Assembly (NCBI GenBank): GCA_965223855.1
Contig: CBDCXM010000009.1
Location: 1,024,001 to 1,088,000 of the forward strand
DNA length: 64,000 nt
Reading direction: 5' to 3'
Source: Candidatus Multivoradales bacterium
GTDB taxonomy: Bacteria; Acidobacteriota; Thermoanaerobaculia; Multivoradales; JAHEKO01
The notes under the pieces were generated by a model. That model saw only the letters and a list, made by a program, of their open reading frames with translations, searched no databases and had not been told where the DNA came from. Made by a program: the position numbers and the translations under genes. Of this stretch, positions 1-10,267 are shown in pieces (the first letter of the stretch is position 1; each line of letters opens with the position of its first letter).

Positions 1-17
1 GCGATGCTCGGTCGCAG

Positions 18-974
18 CTAGCGCAGCGCAGCTTCGATCGCCCGCAAGAGCGGCGCCGGCTTCTCGTCGGCGTTCCACGTGTTCCAGGCGGGGAGATCTG
101 CGGCGGCGAACTCTTCGTCGCTGATCTCCCCTCGGTCGCGTCTCGCGTCGACCCACTCGATCGAAGCCTGGAGCGCAGCGCGGTAGCGACGCACGTCTTC
201 GACCGTCGAGACGGCGCCGAGGTCGCCGTGGCCGCCGACGATGAGTGCGTCGTCGGGAGCCAGTTCGAGCAGGCGATCGAGTGTTGCGAGAAGGCCCGGG
301 AACGTGCCGCCGGAGATCGGCGCCGCGACCGCTCTGCGACCGCCGCCGAGGAAGACGTCGCCGGCGTGGATCACCCGCGCTTCCTCGAAGACCACCAACG
401 CGTCACCCGCCGTGTGAGCGGGGCCGAAGTGCCGGAGCACGACACGCTCGCCGTTGAGCTCGATCTCGTCACGTTCGCGGAACGTGCGTCCCGGCACTGC
501 GGCCGGCGGCAGCGGATCGGTCGCCGGCAGGAGCGGAAACGGCTCGAGTGAGCTCGCCATCTCCTGCGCCGCCCGTTCGTGAGCGATCCGCACCGCGCCG
601 TCGGTGAAGACGACGTTGCCGCGCGTGTGGTCCGGGTGGGCGTGGGTGTTGACGACGAAGCGCACCGGTGTGCCGTGCTCCTCGAGCAGGGTGGAGATCT
701 TCCCGGCGAGAGCGGCGCTCACCATCGGATCGACGATCAGGGCACCGTCGGGGCCGAGGCTCGCCAGCGACGCCACGTAGTCGAACGGCCGCTCGCCGTC
801 GAGCGTCGCCTCGATCAGATGAACGGTGCCGCGCAGGGGCGTCATTCGGACCTCGGCGCGGGCGTCACGCGACTCCTGCAGGTAGCCGAGGATCGACCAG
901 GCGTTCCACCAGGCGAGTGCCAGCAGAGCGAGACCCGCCAGTGCGATCGCGGCCAGAATCTTGAGGATCTTCAA
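18..974 (-). CDS. MBL-fold metallo-hydrolase with N-terminal membrane anchor/signal
   Basis: THAHPDH (HxHxDH), GPAHTAGD, HAGD and GGHG motifs; hydrophobic N-terminus. Confidence 0.85.
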   Translation of the reverse strand: MKILKILAAIALAGLALLALAWWNAWSILGYLQESRDARAEVRMTPLRGTVHLIEATLDGERPFDYVASLASLGPDGALIVDPMVSAALAGKISTLLEEHGTPVRFVVNTHAHPDHTRGNVVFTDGAVRIAHERAAQEMASSLEPFPLLPATDPLPPAAVPGRTFRERDEIELNGERVVLRHFGPAHTAGDALVVFEEARVIHAGDVFLGGGRRAVAAPISGGTFPGLLATLDRLLELAPDDALIVGGHGDLGAVSTVEDVRRYRAALQASIEWVDARRDRGEISDEEFAAADLPAWNTWNADEKPAPLLRAIEAALR

Positions 975-1136
975 CGTCGACCTCCCTTGTCGAGTGGGCG
1001 CTTCGTTGCGCCCGCGGCTCGAAGCTAGGGCCGGCGGCTCCTCGACTCCAACAGCTTTGTTGCGAGCCGGATCCGGCCTGTTGTGGGCCGGACGCAGGCT
1101 GCAAGCGCGGCTCTGCAGATCGCGAGCTGTCGACGA

Positions 1137-1931
1137 TCAGGGTGCCGGCAGGGCGCGCTCGAACTCCGCTCGGAAGGTGCGACTCACCCGCACCCGGGTG
1201 CCGTCCTCGAGCACCACGCTGCCGTCACCGTGGCCGGTCGACTCCACCGCCCGGACGCGGGCGACATTGACCATTGCGGAGCGGTGGACCCGCGCGAAAC
1301 CGCTCGGCTCCAGCTCGTCGCTCAGCCGAGTAAGCGAGCGACGCACCAGCTCGCTGCTATCACCGAGGTGAAGACGTGCGTAGGAGCCCTCGGCCTCGAT
1401 CCAGTCGATCTCCCGCGCCGGCACGACCGTCGTCCGGCCGTGGCGGCGGATGGCGATCCCGCGTACCGGCGTCGCCGCGGGTCGAGCGGCGCGCGGCCGC
1501 CCGCGAGTCGCGAACCCGGCCGTCGCGATCAGCCCGTAGGCGAGCAACGCACCGACCAGATGCTCTCCGAAGACGTCGCGCAGGCTCTGCGGCCAGCCGT
1601 CCACCGTCATCGGTAGCGGCAGCGAGCGGAAGAGAGCGAGGTAGCCGAGATAGAGAAGTGTCGTTGTCGCCGCCAGCGCCAGGTGCAACCCGACCAACCT
1701 CGACCACGCAGCCTCGCGCCGGCTCAGACGGACGATCGGGATCGAGAAGACGAGCCACGGCAACCAGGCCAGCAGCGCCCCCGTCATCAGGTGATCCCAG
1801 CTCCGATCGGGGTCCCGAAGACTCGACTGCAGCGCCGACAGCGCGGCGAGCCCGAGCCACGCGACCAGGGCTACCAGCGGCCAGGAGGGTTCCCGCCGCA
1901 AGGGTCGGTCGAGGGTGGCCGAACGGGACAT
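1137..1931 (-). CDS. Membrane-anchored LytTR-family DNA-binding regulator
   Basis: About 4 hydrophobic segments, then a LytTR domain (IDWIEAEGSY...FARVHRSAMVN...VSRT). Confidence 0.85.
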   Translation of the reverse strand: MSRSATLDRPLRREPSWPLVALVAWLGLAALSALQSSLRDPDRSWDHLMTGALLAWLPWLVFSIPIVRLSRREAAWSRLVGLHLALAATTTLLYLGYLALFRSLPLPMTVDGWPQSLRDVFGEHLVGALLAYGLIATAGFATRGRPRAARPAATPVRGIAIRRHGRTTVVPAREIDWIEAEGSYARLHLGDSSELVRRSLTRLSDELEPSGFARVHRSAMVNVARVRAVESTGHGDGSVVLEDGTRVRVSRTFRAEFERALPAP

Positions 1932-2050
1932 CTCGCCCAGCCTATCCCCCGACGTTGCGGTTATGCCGCCTGGCCCGCCGACAGGTCACGGGGCCGTGAG
2001 CCGGGCGCCTCCAGGCCTGACTCAGAGCCGTCGCAGCAATGCCCGACCGG

Positions 2051-3130
2051 TCAGGGCAGCGTCGACGACCAGGCGGAGGTGTCTCCGCTTTCGAAGCCGT
2101 CGGCGAAGATGTCGCTCTCGATGACCGCCAGCTCGATGAAACGTGCACTGACGCCACTGATCTTCGTTTCCACAAGAGATCCGGAGGTCGTGATCTCGTA
2201 GACGCCGTCGCCGTTGGTGATCAGCAGATTGCCGTTGGGGAGCGGGTAGACGCCGCGGAAACCACCGAGGCCTGCCGGGACGATCGTGTCGAGCAGCGTC
2301 CCGGCTGCGTCGTAGACCAGAATCCCTTCCTGCGCTCCGATGAAGTTCGCGACGTAGACCGAAGCAACTCCCGGTGTGGTGACCCCCTCCACGACGTGGA
2401 TCTGCTCCGGGAAAGTATCGACCGTGGCGAAGAGGGCTCCTGAGGAGGCGCAGCCGGTGTAGGAGCGGATCTCGTCGGAATCGATGTTCCCGACCAGGCC
2501 GGCCGAGAGATCCACTCGGATGTTGACGTCGAACGCGCTGTCGATTCCGGTTGCGGCCGTCCAGCAGTCGAAGTCGAAGGCTCCGGTACTCGTGAACGAG
2601 GGTATGGTGTCCGTGCCGCCCGACGTGGCGAGATAGTTGTCCCCGAAAGGGTTGAGCTCGAAGCCGCGAGCGTTGTCGTACACCGACGTATCGACTCCGC
2701 CGGCCGGCGCGAAAAGGCCCAGCGGTGCGCCACCGAGGTCGAAGGCAAAGATGGCATCCTCGCTCTGGTCCGAGACAAGAATGCGACTGCCCTCGACGCT
2801 CAAGATGGCGTTGATGGGTAGGGAGAGGTCTCCACTCGCGGGGACGAAGTCGGGATCGATCAGGTCCCCTGTCATCGCATCAAACGCCATGACCCGGTTA
2901 TTGCTCGACTCAGGGATCAGCAGAATGCCGCCGGAACCGAGGGCTTCGAGCGCCTGCTGACGCCGCGCCGGATCGGGCCGCGTCTCGCGCGGTTCGGGTG
3001 CGCCCGGTAACTCGAGCCCTGACGCTTCGCGCACTTCGGCTTCGGTTGTCCGAGCCGTCTTGTCGGGCGTATAGGCGACCAGTACGGGAGCCAGGAGCAG
3101 GCCGAGCAAAGCTGCAGCGGTGCGAGTCAT
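2051..3130 (-). CDS. Secreted beta-propeller-like protein with C-terminal IFADGFESGDTSAWS tail
   Basis: Signal peptide, NHL-like repeats, tail motif; same-length paralog at 49075-50154. Confidence 0.8.
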   Translation of the reverse strand: MTRTAAALLGLLLAPVLVAYTPDKTARTTEAEVREASGLELPGAPEPRETRPDPARRQQALEALGSGGILLIPESSNNRVMAFDAMTGDLIDPDFVPASGDLSLPINAILSVEGSRILVSDQSEDAIFAFDLGGAPLGLFAPAGGVDTSVYDNARGFELNPFGDNYLATSGGTDTIPSFTSTGAFDFDCWTAATGIDSAFDVNIRVDLSAGLVGNIDSDEIRSYTGCASSGALFATVDTFPEQIHVVEGVTTPGVASVYVANFIGAQEGILVYDAAGTLLDTIVPAGLGGFRGVYPLPNGNLLITNGDGVYEITTSGSLVETKISGVSARFIELAVIESDIFADGFESGDTSAWSSTLP

Positions 3131-3232
3131 CGTTCCCCCTGTCGTTCAGATTGTCGGTGGACAGGAGTGTAGCGCACGGCCGTCGAGGCGGCGGCAGGAG
3201 CGTCGCTGGAGGATCGGAGCGAAGTCATCTGC

Positions 3233-6136
3233 TTGCCGGCAGAGGTAACGAAACCCACCGCCCCGCCGCCCATCTCACCGGCCCAGCTTCATGGCACACG
3301 TGCCGGGAGGTTTCCGATGTTCCCCACCTCTCCCCTGCTGACGGTCTCGCCGCGCCGCCTCTTCACGGTCGGCGCCGCAGTCCTTCTCACCATCCTCGCA
3401 GCCGGTTGCGACCCCGGGCCGCCGCCTCACTCGGACGTCGAGGACTTCGTCGCCCCCGAGATCCTGCCACCCGAGCTGATCGATCGCCCCGCGGTGCGGG
3501 TGAACCCGCAGGCGCTTCCCGATGGAGCGACGGCGACCTACCCGGCCTCCGACGGCGACCCGTTCTTCGTCTCGCTGCCGGCTCGTGAGGTCGCGACGCT
3601 CGACGCCGCCGAAGTGGCCGACACGGTCGTCGCGCCGGTGCTCGAGGCGATCGGCTTCGAACCCGGCCTCGCCGCACTCGAGAGTTCGACCGAATCTGGG
3701 GTCTCCTTCCCCAGGGGCAGCTTCCAGCCGCTGGCGGACGAGATGATCGCCGAGGCATCGACCAACCGCGAGGCGCAGAGCCCGCGCACCCAGGAGATGC
3801 TCGAGGTGTTCGCCGGGGCGCCGTCGACGCCCGACGTCGACAAGGCGCTCGAGACCGGCGAGGGGGTGACCTTTGCCCAGTTCGTCGCCGGCATCGAGCG
3901 CGAGGAGATCGCCTACCCGTTTCTGCAGGTTCACGGCGGGGTGCCGATCGAGCACACCTCGGTCGTCGCGACCCGCTGGGAAGGCCAATCGATCACCTCG
4001 GTCTACGGCAGTGTGGTCTCGAACTTCAGCGTCGCCAACGCGGTGGCACTGTCGGAGTCGGACGCCGAGCGCGACGCCCCGCAGGCACTCACCTCCCTCG
4101 ACGGCGTCGACTGCCTCGACGACGTGGAGCGCCGGCGCTTCCACGCGCGCCGTGCCGCAGTCGACGACGACTCCTCGAGGCCGCTGCCCGAGTGCGGTGT
4201 CGTCGAGGACGGCCCCGCGCTGGTCCTGCTGGCCACCGGCCGGGACTCCGCCGGCGATGTCGAGCTTCGGCACGCCTACCGGATGATCGTCCGCATGGGG
4301 TACCAGGCGCCGATCGGCGTCCTCATGCCGGCACCGTTTCAGCTCTGGCTCGACGCTGAGACGGGCTCGCTGCTGAAGGTCCTGCCGCTGGTCCACAACG
4401 TGAACGGCCGCGGTGAGGTCTACACCCGCGACCCGGGCGTCGGCACCGCGGTGCGTGGCTTCGAGGTCGACGCGGCGGCGAGCGGTCTCTACGACCTCGA
4501 GCTGGCGAGCACGATCGACCGGATCGACTTCCAGGCCGACGGCTACAACGCCTCCGACGTCTCGATCTCCGACAGCTCGGGCGGCAGCAGCTCGACGCTG
4601 GCCAACTTCGACCAGGCGCCCCACAACAACGAGGCGCAGGCGCTGTGCGGCTCCGGCACCAACAAGGCGTTCCAGCAGATCAACGTCTTCGGCAAGCTCC
4701 ACCACTACACGGAGAGGGGCCGCGCGCTCGGCGTCTTCACCCCCTTCCCGCGCACCGGTGACTTCATCGTCGACGTCGAGGACGGCTCGTTCTGCAACGC
4801 CTTCAACTCCGGCGACTTCGTCAGCTTCGGTGCCTGCCAGGGATACTTCTCGGCGTCGTGCCCGAACCTGACCGGCACCGCGCTCACCGACCGCCGCATG
4901 AACCCGGCGCACGACAACACCGTGGCCGCTCACGAGCATGCCCACAGCCTGACGCCGCGCTTCACCAACGCCCGGCCGACCGACTGGTGCGGCATGCCGA
5001 CCTGCAACGTGCCCACCGGCTGGTCGGCGTTCCACGACCTCGCTGACATCTGGGCCGATCACTTCGAGTCGACCAACTGCACCGCCGGCTGGTACGCCAA
5101 GAACCAGGGCGGCGTCGACAACAGCCTCAACTGCGCCAACAGCAGCGAGGGCGGTGCCTTCCCTCGCCAGCACGTGGTCGAGACGCCGTTCGACTCCACC
5201 GATCCCCACGACCACTTCCCCGAGCACCGTACGCTCGCGACCGGTCCCTACGCAGAGATGCAGATGCCGACCGCCGCGGTGTGGCAGGTGCGCGCCGGCA
5301 TGCGCAGCAAATGCCGCTGGTCGGGGGTGCCGCAGTTCGGGGTTCGCTTCGCCCGCGCGTTGCGGCGTACGGGCTTCTTCGGCATCTCCGCACCGGGCAC
5401 CAACGACCAGGGGCTCTACCGCTACCTCTACGACCTCGAGCAGATGATGATGGACGAGTGGGCCACCGCCGGCTCCCCCGGCGGACCGCCCGCATTCCGG
5501 CACAACGGCGCCCACACCGCCAACAAGGTGGCGGCCGGCTTCGCTCGTACCGGGCTCTTCCTCATCCCCAATCAGTGCCTCGACTCCTCCGCCGCGACGA
5601 CCGATGCGACGGCCTGTTCCGGCGGCACCAATGGGGGCGACGCCGTGATCGACATCGACGACAACGACACCGCCGACGACTACCAGATCCACGGTGTGCC
5701 GTCCGCCGAGGTCGACTTCCTCGAACTCGGAGGCGCGTCGCCGACCTTCCACGTCTGGACCGGGCCGAGGTACCAGTTCAACGCCTCGGGCGCCGCGACC
5801 TTCCCCAACCCGTCGCTGTGCAACGCCGAGTTCCGGGTCGAGGTGTCGACCGACGTCGGCTTCGCTCCGGCCTCGACGGTCACGTCCGCCTGGACCGCTG
5901 TCGATCGTGATCCGACGACCGCGGCCAGCACCGAGTGTTACGGCACCTGGCAGCCGAGCGCCTCGGAATGGACGACCCTCCAGGCCGGAGGCGACGGCTC
6001 GCGGCTCTACTACCGGGCGAGCACTCGCGACAGTGTCGGCGGGAACGTCCGCACCTCGACGTCGCCGGGCGCCGGCATCTGGACGGTGCCGCCTCCCTAC
6101 GCCGTCATCACTTCGGACGGACGCTCGGACTACTGA
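3233..6136 (+). CDS. Large secreted/lipoprotein zinc metalloprotease (M4/M36-like)
   Basis: LAAGC lipobox, propeptide-like region (QVHGGVPIE; WLDAETG), HEHAH (HExxH) followed by HDLADIWA; true start is probably ATG 3317. Confidence 0.65.
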   Translation: MPAEVTKPTAPPPISPAQLHGTRAGRFPMFPTSPLLTVSPRRLFTVGAAVLLTILAAGCDPGPPPHSDVEDFVAPEILPPELIDRPAVRVNPQALPDGATATYPASDGDPFFVSLPAREVATLDAAEVADTVVAPVLEAIGFEPGLAALESSTESGVSFPRGSFQPLADEMIAEASTNREAQSPRTQEMLEVFAGAPSTPDVDKALETGEGVTFAQFVAGIEREEIAYPFLQVHGGVPIEHTSVVATRWEGQSITSVYGSVVSNFSVANAVALSESDAERDAPQALTSLDGVDCLDDVERRRFHARRAAVDDDSSRPLPECGVVEDGPALVLLATGRDSAGDVELRHAYRMIVRMGYQAPIGVLMPAPFQLWLDAETGSLLKVLPLVHNVNGRGEVYTRDPGVGTAVRGFEVDAAASGLYDLELASTIDRIDFQADGYNASDVSISDSSGGSSSTLANFDQAPHNNEAQALCGSGTNKAFQQINVFGKLHHYTERGRALGVFTPFPRTGDFIVDVEDGSFCNAFNSGDFVSFGACQGYFSASCPNLTGTALTDRRMNPAHDNTVAAHEHAHSLTPRFTNARPTDWCGMPTCNVPTGWSAFHDLADIWADHFESTNCTAGWYAKNQGGVDNSLNCANSSEGGAFPRQHVVETPFDSTDPHDHFPEHRTLATGPYAEMQMPTAAVWQVRAGMRSKCRWSGVPQFGVRFARALRRTGFFGISAPGTNDQGLYRYLYDLEQMMMDEWATAGSPGGPPAFRHNGAHTANKVAAGFARTGLFLIPNQCLDSSAATTDATACSGGTNGGDAVIDIDDNDTADDYQIHGVPSAEVDFLELGGASPTFHVWTGPRYQFNASGAATFPNPSLCNAEFRVEVSTDVGFAPASTVTSAWTAVDRDPTTAASTECYGTWQPSASEWTTLQAGGDGSRLYYRASTRDSVGGNVRTSTSPGAGIWTVPPPYAVITSDGRSDY

Positions 6137-6236
6137 TCGGCCTCGACCGGGTCGGCGTCCGGGAGTCGACAGCCTGGGCGTCGGCCCGGCCCGTGGGGAA
6201 GGCCGGGTTCGAGCAAGCTTGCGATCGAACGTCGGA

Positions 6237-7496
6237 TCAGTTGACGACGTTCGACCAGGCCTGCGTGTCGCCGGTCTCGAAACCGTCCTGGAAGATCACC
6301 CCGAGGTCGAGGATGCCGAGCACCTGGCTCCCCGGGCCGACGGCGAAGCCCTGTGCGAAGCCGGGCGGGAAGACGATGTTGGCCGGTCCGCCGAGGTCGA
6401 GGAACGGATAGCCGGTGATCTCGGTCACGATCAGCGTGTCCGGGTCGACCTGATAGGAGTTGTCGGCGACGACGTAGACCATGCCGTCGGCGCCGGTCTC
6501 GACGTCGACCCCCTGGAAGCCGAAGAGGCTGCCCGGAGTGATCGGCCCGAGTGGGATGGTGACGTCGCCGGGACCGCCGTAGACGATCCGCTCCAGCTCG
6601 AGCATCCCGTCGCGCTGAACCACCGCCCAGACGGGCTCCGAGCCGCCCACCAGGCTGCGACGCAACGGCAGGTCGGCTTCCATCTCGCCGGAGCCGTTCG
6701 CGAAGTTACTCGGCAGGTAGGAGCCGTCGAGCTCCAGGGTGTTCGCGGTTCCGATCAGCAGGTAGCGGTTCAGGTCGATGTTCTCGACGGCAAGACCGAG
6801 AGCGGCTTCGGCTTCGAAGCTGCCGATGACGAACATGCTCATTCGGGTTTCGCCGAACGCGGTGGCGCCGCCGTCGAAGGGAGAGACGGGAGTTCCGCCA
6901 AGCTCGAAGGAGTCGATCGCCACCAGGAAGTCGAAGATTCCGGGGCCGCTTTCCTGCGTCGTCGCTCCCCCCGGCAGGTCGCGCTGGAAGAAGTCGTAGC
7001 GCGCCGCCGAGTCGTTGAGCGCCAGCACGAAAATGCCGTCCTGGCTGATGAAGCAGTCGCTGCTGTGAAAGTCGCCCGCCGCGGTGGCGTCGATGCGCCC
7101 GGTCGTCCACGAGCCGTTCTCGAGCTCGGCGACGAAGACGTCGAAGTTGCCGGCGTTGAACTTCACGTACGGCACGACCGCACGGTTCTCGCCGATGACG
7201 CAGATGTCGCCGACCCCGAAGAGTGGGCCGACGTCGATGTCGGGGGTGAACGTGACGCCGCTGCCGTCGTAGGGCGCCGGCACCCGGAACGCCCCGAGGT
7301 GGTTCATGTTGACGCCGGTGCTCCACAACGTGAACACGAGCAGGTCCGGATCGTCGGCGCCGTGTCCCAGAGCAGCCACACGGTTCTCGAGCGGCGTGAT
7401 CGTGGTGCTGAGCGTCACCTCCGACCACTCCGCGGCGCTCGTGACCTGGGTCGCCGCCAGCAGAGCCGCGAGGGAGACCACTGCGCGAGTTCTCAT
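6237..7496 (-). CDS. Secreted protein with C-terminal IFQDGFETGDTQAWS tail
   Basis: Signal peptide; acidic beta-rich body; tail motif. Confidence 0.75.
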   Translation of the reverse strand: MRTRAVVSLAALLAATQVTSAAEWSEVTLSTTITPLENRVAALGHGADDPDLLVFTLWSTGVNMNHLGAFRVPAPYDGSGVTFTPDIDVGPLFGVGDICVIGENRAVVPYVKFNAGNFDVFVAELENGSWTTGRIDATAAGDFHSSDCFISQDGIFVLALNDSAARYDFFQRDLPGGATTQESGPGIFDFLVAIDSFELGGTPVSPFDGGATAFGETRMSMFVIGSFEAEAALGLAVENIDLNRYLLIGTANTLELDGSYLPSNFANGSGEMEADLPLRRSLVGGSEPVWAVVQRDGMLELERIVYGGPGDVTIPLGPITPGSLFGFQGVDVETGADGMVYVVADNSYQVDPDTLIVTEITGYPFLDLGGPANIVFPPGFAQGFAVGPGSQVLGILDLGVIFQDGFETGDTQAWSNVVN

Positions 7497-7705
7497 GGGG
7501 AGAGTCGATGCTAGCGCCGCGGAGCCGTCTGCTCAACCTTCACGACACCCGCCGTGGGTCGGGGCCGACTTCCTGCCCTGCGGGCGTCGGGTCCCCGAGC
7601 CCATCTAGAATGTGCCGACTTGACACTGATGAAGTTCATCTTCCGCCGGCTCGCGATCCCTCCTCAGGTGGATCCACGAGGGCCGGTTGCCATGAAGGGA
7701 ATGCC

Positions 7706-8320
7706 ATGTCACGACAGCGCTCTCGCTTCGACTTCCTGTGCCTGCTGCTGATCGCGGCGGCTTTTCCGCCTGCGGCGGCGACCGCTGGTGAGGAAGCAGC
7801 AGCCGAGCCTCCCCCGGAGGCGATGCCGGCGATCGTCCTCGACGGCGGGGAAGGCGAGTCGATCCCCTTCCCGCTCCATCCGACGCTGCGCCTCGCCGGC
7901 CCTGAGTCTCACCTCGCCGGCATGAGCTTTTTCGAGCTCCACGTCGCTGCCGGTGCCGCCGGTGCGCCACCCCACTCCCACGCCAACGAAGACGAGTTCT
8001 TCTACGTCCGCGAGGGCAGCGTGACCTTCATGGCAGGCGACGAAACCCGGACCGTCGGCCCCGGCGGCTTCGCCCTGCTGCCGCGTGACGGCTGGCACGC
8101 CTTCTGGAACGCCGGCGAGAGCGACGCCTACCTCCTGGTGGGCACGTCGGCGGGCACCTTCGGCGACTTCTTCGACGCCGTCGCGATCGCCGCCCGCGAA
8201 GCCGGCGCGACCACGCCTCAGGAACTCGGCGCGATCCTCGGCCGGGTGAGCGGCGAGCGCGGCATCGAGATCGACATGAGCAGGGTGCCGGACGACGTCA
8301 AGTCGCTCTACGGGATGTAG
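7706..8320 (+). CDS. Secreted cupin-domain protein
   Basis: PPHSHANEDEFFYVREG...WHAFWN cupin motifs; signal peptide after ATG 7706. Confidence 0.85.
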   Translation: MSRQRSRFDFLCLLLIAAAFPPAAATAGEEAAAEPPPEAMPAIVLDGGEGESIPFPLHPTLRLAGPESHLAGMSFFELHVAAGAAGAPPHSHANEDEFFYVREGSVTFMAGDETRTVGPGGFALLPRDGWHAFWNAGESDAYLLVGTSAGTFGDFFDAVAIAAREAGATTPQELGAILGRVSGERGIEIDMSRVPDDVKSLYGM

Positions 8321-8323
8321 GCG

Positions 8324-10243
8324 GTGCCGGTGACCGTGTGCGATCCTCTCCCTTGCGCCGATAGGTTCGACTCGAGCGAGCCTCGGGTACGTCCGCCGAG
8401 GCATGGACTCCGGCCGGTCCTCCTCGGGGTAGTGGCGCTCGCCGTCTCAGCGACCGCCTGGACGCAGGAAGCAGAGAACGAGACGCGCGGCTCCCGGAGG
8501 ATCGAGGTCCGGACCGCCGGCGGCGACAGCGTCGCCAACTACCTCGCGAGCCATTCGCTCCTGATCGGCGCCAGTGACTACGAGCGGGGGTGGGACGACC
8601 TCGACAGCGTCCCCGACGAGCTCGAACGGGTGCGGCGCAAGCTCGTCGAACACGACTTCGAGGTCCGTGTGGTGCTCGACCCCGATTCACGCGAGCTCGA
8701 GGACGCGTTCGAAGAGTTCCTCGACGACTACGGTTTCGACGAAGGTAACCGGCTGCTGATCTATTTCGCCGGCCACGGCTATACCCGGAAGACCGATCAG
8801 GGCTTGCGCGGCTACCTCGTTCCGGTGGACGCACCCGATCCCGACAGAGACAAGCGAGGATTCCTGCGCTCCGCGTTCTCGATGAGCAGGGTCGAGCTCT
8901 GGGCTCGCAGGGCGGAGGTTCGCCACCTGCTGGTGCTCTTCGACAGCTGCTTCTCAGGGACGATCCTGAGGACGCGGTCACGCCGGCCGCAACCGCCGCC
9001 GCACATCACCGCCAAGACCGGCAAAAAGGCGCGCCAGTTCATCACCGCCGGGAGCGCCGACGAGCCGGTCCCGGCGGAGAGCTACTTCGCTCCCGCCTTC
9101 ATCCGCGCTCTCGACGGCGCCGGCGATCTCAACGACGACGGCTACGTCACCGGCCTCGAGCTGGCCTCCTACCTTCACGACCATTTGGTGGACGCCAACG
9201 TCGGGCAGACCCCGCAGTTCGGGATCGTCTCGTTCCCCCGTCTGGACGATGGCGACTTCGTGTTCGAGCTTCCCGCGAGGGAGCCCTCGGAACTCGCCAT
9301 CGCAGAACCTCCCGAGGTACCGCGGACCTCTTTCTCCGATCTCCAGGAACTCGCCTCCCGACGCCGTCGCTGGGGTGCGTTTCAGGAGGGCATGAGCGAG
9401 GCCTACTCGAGCGTAGAGAACCTCGACGCGATGAAGGAGTTGACGCCTGCCGAGAAGGTCGAGGCCTGGACCCGGTTTCTGTCGGACTTCGAAGCGGACA
9501 ACCCGCTTTCCGAAGAGGACGATCAGCAGCGCTTCGAGGCTCGCCAGCGGATCGTCTTCTGGGATGCCACCCAGGCCGCCGAACAGAACCGCGAGCGGCT
9601 GGGCGAGTTGGTCGACATGAAGGGACGGCTGGACTACCTGAGAGCCTCACGCGCGGAGAAGCTGGACCTTACAGCAGCCTTCAGTTCGCAGGATGCCACT
9701 CGAAGGTTGCTGGATGCAGAGATCGAGGTCCTCGAGCAGCAGATCCTGGAGGCGAGCGACAGGTTCCTCACGGAGGTCGTCGACTTCCTCAACCAGGACC
9801 CTCCCGTCGTAGGAGAGCCGTTGACCGAAACCCAGCGGGTGGCCGTGAGGCTCAAGAGTTCCGAAGACATGATCCTCGCCCGCGAGTGGATCGAGCTGGG
9901 TGGCGACTATCAGCGGGCGATCGCCATCTACGAGAACGCGCTGGCGCTCGATCCCGACAACGAGGAGCTCCAGGCCGCGCTCGCCGAGGCCCAGCGCCTG
10001 CGCTACATGTCCGCCGAGCGCTTCGAGGCGGTCAGAAAGGGGATGACCACCGCGGAGGTGCGAGCGGTGCTGGGTACTCCGCTGATCCACAACGTCAAGA
10101 CCTACGAAGACCGGGGAGTCACCGCCTGGTTCTACCTGACGGCTGAGAGTGGCAGTGCCGCCGCGGTCTGGTTCCGGGGCTTGAGCGAGGATCAGATGGA
10201 GGTCTATCTTGCGACCTACGACGCGGTCCCGGCTCGCGAGTAG
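8324..10243 (+). CDS. Secreted caspase-family (C14) protease with TPR and SmpA/BamE-like C-terminal domain
   Basis: YFAGHG and FDSCFSG catalytic motifs; ALALDPDN TPR; RFEAVRKGMTTAEVRAVLGTP. Confidence 0.8.
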   Translation: MPVTVCDPLPCADRFDSSEPRVRPPRHGLRPVLLGVVALAVSATAWTQEAENETRGSRRIEVRTAGGDSVANYLASHSLLIGASDYERGWDDLDSVPDELERVRRKLVEHDFEVRVVLDPDSRELEDAFEEFLDDYGFDEGNRLLIYFAGHGYTRKTDQGLRGYLVPVDAPDPDRDKRGFLRSAFSMSRVELWARRAEVRHLLVLFDSCFSGTILRTRSRRPQPPPHITAKTGKKARQFITAGSADEPVPAESYFAPAFIRALDGAGDLNDDGYVTGLELASYLHDHLVDANVGQTPQFGIVSFPRLDDGDFVFELPAREPSELAIAEPPEVPRTSFSDLQELASRRRRWGAFQEGMSEAYSSVENLDAMKELTPAEKVEAWTRFLSDFEADNPLSEEDDQQRFEARQRIVFWDATQAAEQNRERLGELVDMKGRLDYLRASRAEKLDLTAAFSSQDATRRLLDAEIEVLEQQILEASDRFLTEVVDFLNQDPPVVGEPLTETQRVAVRLKSSEDMILAREWIELGGDYQRAIAIYENALALDPDNEELQAALAEAQRLRYMSAERFEAVRKGMTTAEVRAVLGTPLIHNVKTYEDRGVTAWFYLTAESGSAAAVWFRGLSEDQMEVYLATYDAVPARE

Positions 10244-10267
10244 GTGAGCAAGTGCCTTGCTGGCCCG

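Noticed and set aside
3275-5752. Long antisense or alternate-frame ORFs (also 5694-7514, 17482-19164, 27055-28584, 29757-31412, 37065-38321)
   Set aside because: These are shadows of well-supported genes in GC-rich DNA and carry no motifs
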